This document shows, in pieces, positions 57,752-64,000 of a stretch of DNA of 64,000 bases. This DNA comes from Eledone cirrhosa (Eukaryota), in the NCBI GenBank assembly GCA_964016885.1, contig OZ024743.1, positions 39,308,001 to 39,372,000 on the forward strand, in the 5' to 3' direction. Both the position numbers and the translations under genes were made by a program. The notes under the pieces are model-generated. The model was given only the letters and a program-made list of their open reading frames with translations, had not been told where the DNA came from and searched no databases. Position 1 is the first letter of the stretch; every line of letters begins with the position of its first letter.

Positions 57752-58344
57752 GTATATGTATATATGTATATATATATATGTGTATGTATGTATGTGTATA
57801 TGGATGTGTATGTATGTGTATGTGTGTACACATGGACTAGAGTATGTATGTATATATGTGTGTGTCTATACGTGTGTATATATAAAGATAAGTTGAGTAT
57901 GAAAATGTATACACATGAGCGCGTATGTATGTACATGAATACATGTGTGTATATATATGTGTATGCATGTGTATATATATGTAAGTATGAATATGTGAAT
58001 TGTGAGTATATGTATTTTGTAGAGGTGTGCAAATATATTTGTGTGTGAATGCGTGGGTGAAAGAATACGTACACTTGAAAGAAAAATTTAAGTCTGAATG
58101 TTAAGTGCAAACACAAAACCAACCACGCATATCTTTACTATCTCTAATCCTTCTATAGATTTAGAAAAATAACCAATAATATATTCTATAAAAAATGTCA
58201 AAACAACAGATGGGAATCTAATTAATCACTGCCACCAAGAATTCTCACTGCTATCGAAAAACCACTCCTTCAACTATTCTTCTAACAACTTCACCCCTTC
58301 CTCCTAATATTCTCTATAAAAACTAAATAGGTCCTCAGTAATAT

Positions 58345-58390
58345 TATTCTGATGAAATGACAGTAAACAATAACATTGAAATATTGAATG
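58345..58390 (+). ncRNA. Minimal hammerhead-like motif, family B
   Basis: UAUU-CUGAUGA-AAUG...CAUU-GAAA-UAUU-GAAUG. Core and stem II are clear; stem I/III register is ambiguous. Confidence 0.6.
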
Positions 58391-58610
58391 TCTCCATAAC
58401 TAAAAGTTTGTAGATAGCTGTTTTAGGTTATGTAACTGTTATAGAAACACGTGTCAATAAATTCCTTTCAACTAAACTGTATCCATTCAAATCTTTCTAT
58501 TTTTCTCCGGATTACTTTTGGAACTACAACTGGAACCGTCGAGCAAACTCTACGTGAGCTGATAATCTACTGTGTGTAATATTTATATTACAACACAACG
58601 GAAAAAACTG

Positions 58611-58641
<31 letters not shown>

Positions 58642-58659
58642 ACATATATATATGTATAC

Positions 58660-58693
<34 letters not shown>

Positions 58694-58712
58694 GTATATA
58701 TATATAAATATA

Positions 58713-58791
<79 letters not shown>

Positions 58792-58793
<2 letters not shown>

Positions 58794-60978
58794 CTTAGTT
58801 AAGCAAAACAAGACCACAAATTTCACAAGGAAAACATTATTAAAAGATTGTCAACATATTTTAGTTTGATTTAAGGAATGTAGAGAATAATAATAATAAT
58901 AATATTAATAATAATAATGTCCGTTTACAATTGTTTCGCTACTCCGCATAATATTTCCGGATCAGATGACTATGTATCATAATTGATATGGTTCAGTTGA
59001 AAATAATTAAAATATTTAAAAAAAGAGAGTGGCTCATCGGAACTCAAAGGAATATAAATTAAAATAATGTTACAAAATATAATGTTCCATATATTAGTTT
59101 TTACTATGGTGCCTTGGTTGCATCAGCTGTCAGCCATAATCAAGCAGTACTCATCTGTCGAGGCTGCATTGTGTGACATCGGCGTATGGGTACTAAGATG
59201 GCTGCCAAAGGGCATATTTACCTTACTAATTAGAGGGTGGTTTCAGGGGAAGTAACTTCTCGAGAGATTAGAGATTGTGTGTATTTTATAGTTATGTGCT
59301 AGTATTTAAATTATTTAATTGAGAGACAATGTAGGGGAGGTAACTTATAATTATCGAGTTGTTCATAGCAATTTAACTTATTAGCTACAAGTAAAAATGG
59401 GGCTACATGACTAAATTGGGTCAAAAACTCTATTGGCGAAGGAATTAGCCCTTCGATGTTGACAGCTAATGGTTACCTCCGTGCTATCGTTAATTGGTAG
59501 AGGTCGTGATAGAGTTATGTAATATGCTTCCGTAACACAGAGATGACAAGATTTACTTCGTCCATTGAACGGTTGGACCCTAGCTACGATATCCCATTTT
59601 AGTGAGTGTTGAACTTTGTTTAATTTAAGGTTTTTAATGAGCCTAGCAAGCGATGTCGAACATCTGTTGCTAGGGTCTCGGAAGGAAAAAGAGTGCGGGT
59701 TATAGCGTACCTTAAAAGGGTTAGAAGTAGACCCGATATAAGAGCTGGTATTCGAAGCAGTCTCAACTGTGCACCTATAGACTATGTTGAGTGTCAGGCA
59801 GTGTCCATTTAATGGGCATGCATTGGGGTACCGGCAGTTGCAGTTGCTTCTTCGGTTAGTGATAGTAGGGTTATTTAACCTAAGCAGTGGTCCGTGCTAG
59901 AAGGATTAGATGGTGGTGGTGGTGGGGGGGGGTGTGCTACTAGAGTAATTATTGGTGTAGTGGCGTGGTGTATTTGATAAGGGTGGTTGAACCGCGGTGT
60001 GGGAGTTATACTGTCTTAGCTTGTGATGGTTATTGAATGCGATGTGGCTAGCTAGGTTAGGTGTTGTGGAGAATGATATTTTAATGTCGTTTTTATTAAA
60101 GAGTTTGTAATATCTATGGTTAGAGGGGAAGTGTTTGGATAGGATAGAGAAGAAGCGATTTGGGATATTAGTGGCTAGATTAGCTGAGAATGGTGGCTTA
60201 AGCCAGGTGATATTTCTAGGTCTATTCTTTCTAGTGGTTCTAGTGGAGTTGGTAGGGTCCTTCCTAGGGTTATTATTACCTGGGGGGTTTGTTATTTGTA
60301 ATCCCATTTCTCATTCCTATTCTAGGGTTGATTGTTAGTTTGCTACTGGGAGTGGGGAGCAGGCCGCTTCCACCATTAAAGTTCCCTGTATAGGTGCTGT
60401 TACTGCTAAAATTCCGGCGAATCTGGCTATATGCTAAGGTATTTCTAGTTCTAGTGTTAAGTTTATTATGGTGAGTTGCTGTGTTATGGCATTTTGGTAT
60501 CTAATAGATTGATTGTTTATAACCAGATTCAGAGAGAGCCTTATTATAATATTGTGCGTGGTTTATAAATATCTCTTCATTTGCTGATAGTATTGAGATC
60601 CTATAGGAGATAGATTTGACTACTGCTCTGATGACTGTCGGTGGGTGGTAAGAGTGTGGGCTAATATATGTGAGTATTCCGCCTGGTTTATGGTAAGGGT
60701 TATAAAGGTTATTGTTGAGATAAAGGGTGATGTCTAGGAAGTTTACTACTTTATGGTTGAGCTCGATGGTGATAGAGAGACCGTTATTTTTTAAGAATCT
60801 ATGAAATTGTTTCTCAAGCAAATCGATTCCCCGATTAGTGCAATTGTGGAGTGCAAATAGGGAGTCGTCACTGTATATTCCACCTTGTATGGGTTGGATT
60901 TCGGCTCTGATGTTACGTAATAGGTAAATCCCAACAAAATCGGTAATTTGCGCGGAGTCACTTCAGCCCATCGTAATG

Positions 60979-60982
<4 letters not shown>
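58792..60982 (-). mobile_element. 5'-truncated decayed Naiad-type PLE (family D)
   Basis: DITMG*SDSAQITDFVG, GGIYSDD, VVNFLDITL, ITWLKPPFS, CNCRYPNACPLNGHC, IVYRC..YIGST, SCHLC, SCQH. (TA)n at both ends. Confidence 0.9.
58923..59043 (-). ncRNA. Hammerhead-like motif, family D (U4C core, long stem II insert)
   Basis: Minus strand: GUU-CCGAUGA-GCcACUC...(~80 nt)...GAGUaGC-GAAA-CAAUUG (palindrome)-U A-AAC. Confidence 0.5.
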
Positions 60983-61044
<62 letters not shown>

Positions 61045-61060
61045 CATATATATATATGTA

Positions 61061-61608
61061 TTGTCATACTTTGGGAGTGTCATGTTGCCAATAAGAAACA
61101 CACGCACCAGTAGCTTTCACTTCAATTTATTATAATAAATTGATAAATGTTCGATTTTGGGTTGGTTCCACAACCAGATGATTGTTTATATATTGTCAAA
61201 GTTCTTTCATCACACATACTGTGACTTCTTCAGCGACTGGGGATTATTTGCTTTGTTTTTGTGCCTCTCCTTTGTTCTGTCCTACGCCATCTTGAAAAAA
61301 AACAAGATGGCGTAAGACAGAACAAAGGAGAGGCACAAAAACATAGAAAAGAATCCCCAGTCACTGAAGAGGTCACAGAATGTGTGACGGAAGAATGTTG
61401 ACAATATATAAACAATCATCTGGTTGTGGAACCAACCAACCGGAAATTTATAAATTCCTAAATTAAATGTATGAAATTATTATAATAAATCGAAGTGAAA
61501 GCAACAGGTGCGTGTGTTTCTTATTGCAACATGAACCTCCCAAAGTATAACAATATCGGTTTCAACACACGTTTTCAGATAAAGAATCTTGCAAAACAAA
61601 TTCAGAAA

Positions 61609-61610
<2 letters not shown>
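61061..61610. mobile_element. Fold-back pair of HHR-bearing terminal fragments (family I)
   Basis: 61061-61294 mirrored at 61303-61555 around CCATCTTG-A8-CAAGATGG. Third copy at 63738-64000. Confidence 0.85.
61195..61237 (-). ncRNA. Minimal hammerhead, family I
   Basis: Minus strand: GUCG-CUGAAGA-a GUCACA guaug UGUGAU-GAAA-GAAC-U U-UGAC. Degenerate partner at 61360-61402 (+). Confidence 0.7.
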
Positions 61611-61660
<50 letters not shown>

Positions 61661-61677
61661 TTATATGTATATATATG

Positions 61678-61711
<34 letters not shown>

Positions 61712-61809
61712 ATTGAGGTTGGTAACGGCACATGGAATATATAAGAGACAGAATACTTTTTTGTGAAAAAACATAATTTTATAAGGTAAGGAAATAATAA
61801 AGGGTATAA

Positions 61810-61857
61810 AAAATGACCGGTTTCGATGGGTCTGCCAAAGCCATCTTTTCAAATGTT
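61810..61857 (-). ncRNA. Hammerhead with U3:A8 core, family H
   Basis: Minus strand: AACAU-UUGAAAA-GAUGG...CCAUC-GAAA-CCGG-U C-AUUUU. Confidence 0.65.
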
Positions 61858-62102
61858 GATTAACATTAAGAAAAATTAATAATACGAAGAGTTAAAATTT
61901 GAGATTTGAAAATTCAACGTGTGTGTGTGTATGTATGTGTGTATCTGGATGTATGCGTATGTGTATATATATATATATGCGTGTGTGTGTGTGTGTATAT
62001 ATATGTGTGTGTATGTGTGTATATATATATGTGTGTGTGTGTATGTTTGTATGTGTGTATGTATATATATATATGTGTGTGTGTGTGTATGTATGTGTGG
62101 GG

Positions 62103-62172
<70 letters not shown>

Positions 62173-62225
62173 GTGTGTGTGTGTGTATGTATGTGTGTAT
62201 CTGGATGTATGTGTATGTATATATA

Positions 62226-62264
<39 letters not shown>

Positions 62265-62726
62265 GTGTGTGTATGTGTATATATGTGTGTGTGTGTATGT
62301 GTGTATGTATATGTATGTGTGTGTGTATGTATGTGTGTATATGTATATATATATATATGTATATGTATATGTATATGTATGTATGTGTGGATGAAGGTAT
62401 GTGTGTATATATAGATGTAAGTGCACTAAATCCCTTTCTATCACGCTCCACTCTCCTACCCACCACAGGAAGATATGTGTATGTATATTGCTTCCACCCC
62501 CTCACTGACCAGCAGCTGGCCAGTTGGTGATTGCTAAATCTGACCTTTATAAAATAACCCACACCCCAAATAACTTCTCATTCACTACCAGAAAGGGACA
62601 CAGCAGTCAACCTGTTGTTGCTACCTAGATGAAAACTGCTATGAAATCCCACAATAAATTTTATACTTGAATTTTCAAATCTCAAATTTTAACTCTTCGT
62701 ATTATTAATTTTTCTTAATATTAATC

Positions 62727-62774
62727 AACATTTGAAAAGATGGCTTTTGCAGACCGATCGAAACCGGTCATTTT
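62727..62774 (+). ncRNA. Hammerhead with U3:A8 core, family H
   Basis: AACAU-UUGAAAA-GAUGG...CCGAUC-GAAA-CCGG (palindrome)-U C-AUUUU. Confidence 0.62.
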
Positions 62775-62910
62775 TTATACCCTTTATTATTTCCTTACCT
62801 TATAAAATTAAGTTTTTTCACAAAAAAGTATTCTGTCTATTATATATTCCATGTACCATTACCAACCTCAATTTTCTCTATAACCTTCGTTTTGTGTGGA
62901 AAATTACACT

Positions 62911-62991
<81 letters not shown>

Positions 62992-63019
62992 TGTATTTAT
63001 ATGTATATATATGTGTATA

Positions 63020-63120
<101 letters not shown>

Positions 63121-63266
63121 CGGAAAGTTGAATGAGAGTGGGAGAGAGATAGAAAGCAAGAACATTGGATGAAAGCGTTGCGTAAGTTACTGTAAACAAT
63201 GGATATTGTCACACACATAGACACATACATACTCACACACACCAATATATATATATATATATATAT

Positions 63267-63646
63267 ATCGATATGCAAATTAGGGTGCTCAGCCGTTAAT
63301 ATGCATAAGGAAAGTATATACTTTCAGACGTTCAACCATCTGGCAGGAAGGTATACGATGCTGACGATAGCTAATAAGCTGGAAACTAGTACGTCGTTCC
63401 TGTGTCAGTGTTGAACAAAAAGGTGACGTGGTTGCCTAAACACTGTACGGCGTAATTCGGGCTGATTGTTTGTTTACAAACAAACCGAGCATTATAATAA
63501 ATGTTCGGTAAACCGATACGTGCATATATATATGTGTGCATGTATGTATATATATATACATACTACTGTACTGCTGTATACATAAATGTATGTACGTATA
63601 CATACATACTTACATTTAACTAACTAATTTCGTTTCTTTCTATTCC

Positions 63647-63650
<4 letters not shown>
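63267..63650 (+). mobile_element. Family J retrozyme-like monomer
   Basis: One ~385-nt unit between (TA)n tracts. Starts at a different point of the unit than the 10250 and 38170 copies. Confidence 0.75.
63355..63397 (+). ncRNA. Canonical minimal type I hammerhead, family J
   Basis: ACGAUG-CUGACGA-UAGCU aaua AGCUG-GAAA-CUAG (palindrome)-U A-CGUCGU. All stems pair. Confidence 0.9.
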
Positions 63651-63742
<92 letters not shown>

Positions 63743-63900
63743 ATACTTTGGGAGGGTCATGTTGGCAATAAGAAACACACGCACCATTGCTTTCACTTCA
63801 ATTTATTATATATTTATAAATTTATAAATTTACAAATCTACAAACTTATAAATTTCTGGCTGGTTGGTTGGTTCCACAACCAGATAGTTGTTTATATATA

Positions 63901-63943
63901 GTCATAGTCCTTTCGTCACACACTCTCTGACCTCTTCAGTGAC
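63901..63943 (-). ncRNA. Minimal hammerhead, family I
   Basis: Minus strand: GUCA-CUGAAGA-g GUCA...UGAC-GAAA-GGAC-U A-UGAC. Confidence 0.7.
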
Positions 63944-64000
63944 TGGGGATTCCTTTCTTTGTTTCTGTGCCTTTCCTTTCTTCTGTCCTACGCCATTTTG

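Larger units (their letters stand above)
51097..58614. mobile_element. Young Naiad-type PLE insertion (family B): full copy (minus) + upstream partial tandem copy (minus, ~54687-56664) + inverted copy (plus, 56664-58614)
   Basis: Three near-identical copies of the 3' region, one intact ORF, an HHR motif in each, and (TA)n at both outer ends. Confidence 0.96.
61710..62894. mobile_element. Family H PLE-type 3' region with inverted terminal arm
   Basis: 61710-61917 is the reverse complement of ~62668-62878. The arms flank a GT/AT microsatellite-like tract. Confidence 0.8.

Overview
AT-rich, (TA)n-saturated, non-genic eukaryotic DNA. The SINE content and microsatellite load suggest an invertebrate, probably an octopus-like cephalopod (inference). 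Nearly all YI/CV/HT-rich ORFs in the track are microsatellite artefacts. The real content is a dense community of Penelope-like retroelements (PLEs): (i) a young, intact Naiad-type element (773-aa RT + GIY-YIG ORF, 52200-54521) in a partial-tandem plus inverted arrangement (51097-58614); (ii) a decayed full-length Neptune-type element with pseudo-LTRs (42693-47451) and a fold-back copy of it (6806-9775); (iii) three more decayed Naiad-type copies; (iv) many short non-coding terminal fragments. By eye I find more than 20 type I hammerhead ribozyme (HHR) motifs from at least 10 unrelated families. Most have palindromic minimal stem III loops, two families carry a compensatory U3:A8 core, and one is a circularly permuted ~400-nt non-coding repeat resembling a non-LTR retrozyme. 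From 42.7 to 64 kb the window is almost continuous PLE sequence separated by (TA)n tracts. Also present: tRNA-derived SINEs, a mariner remnant, a CRE-clade endonuclease remnant, Helitron-like ends, fold-back MITEs and one candidate host exon. All RNA structures were folded by eye, not computed.
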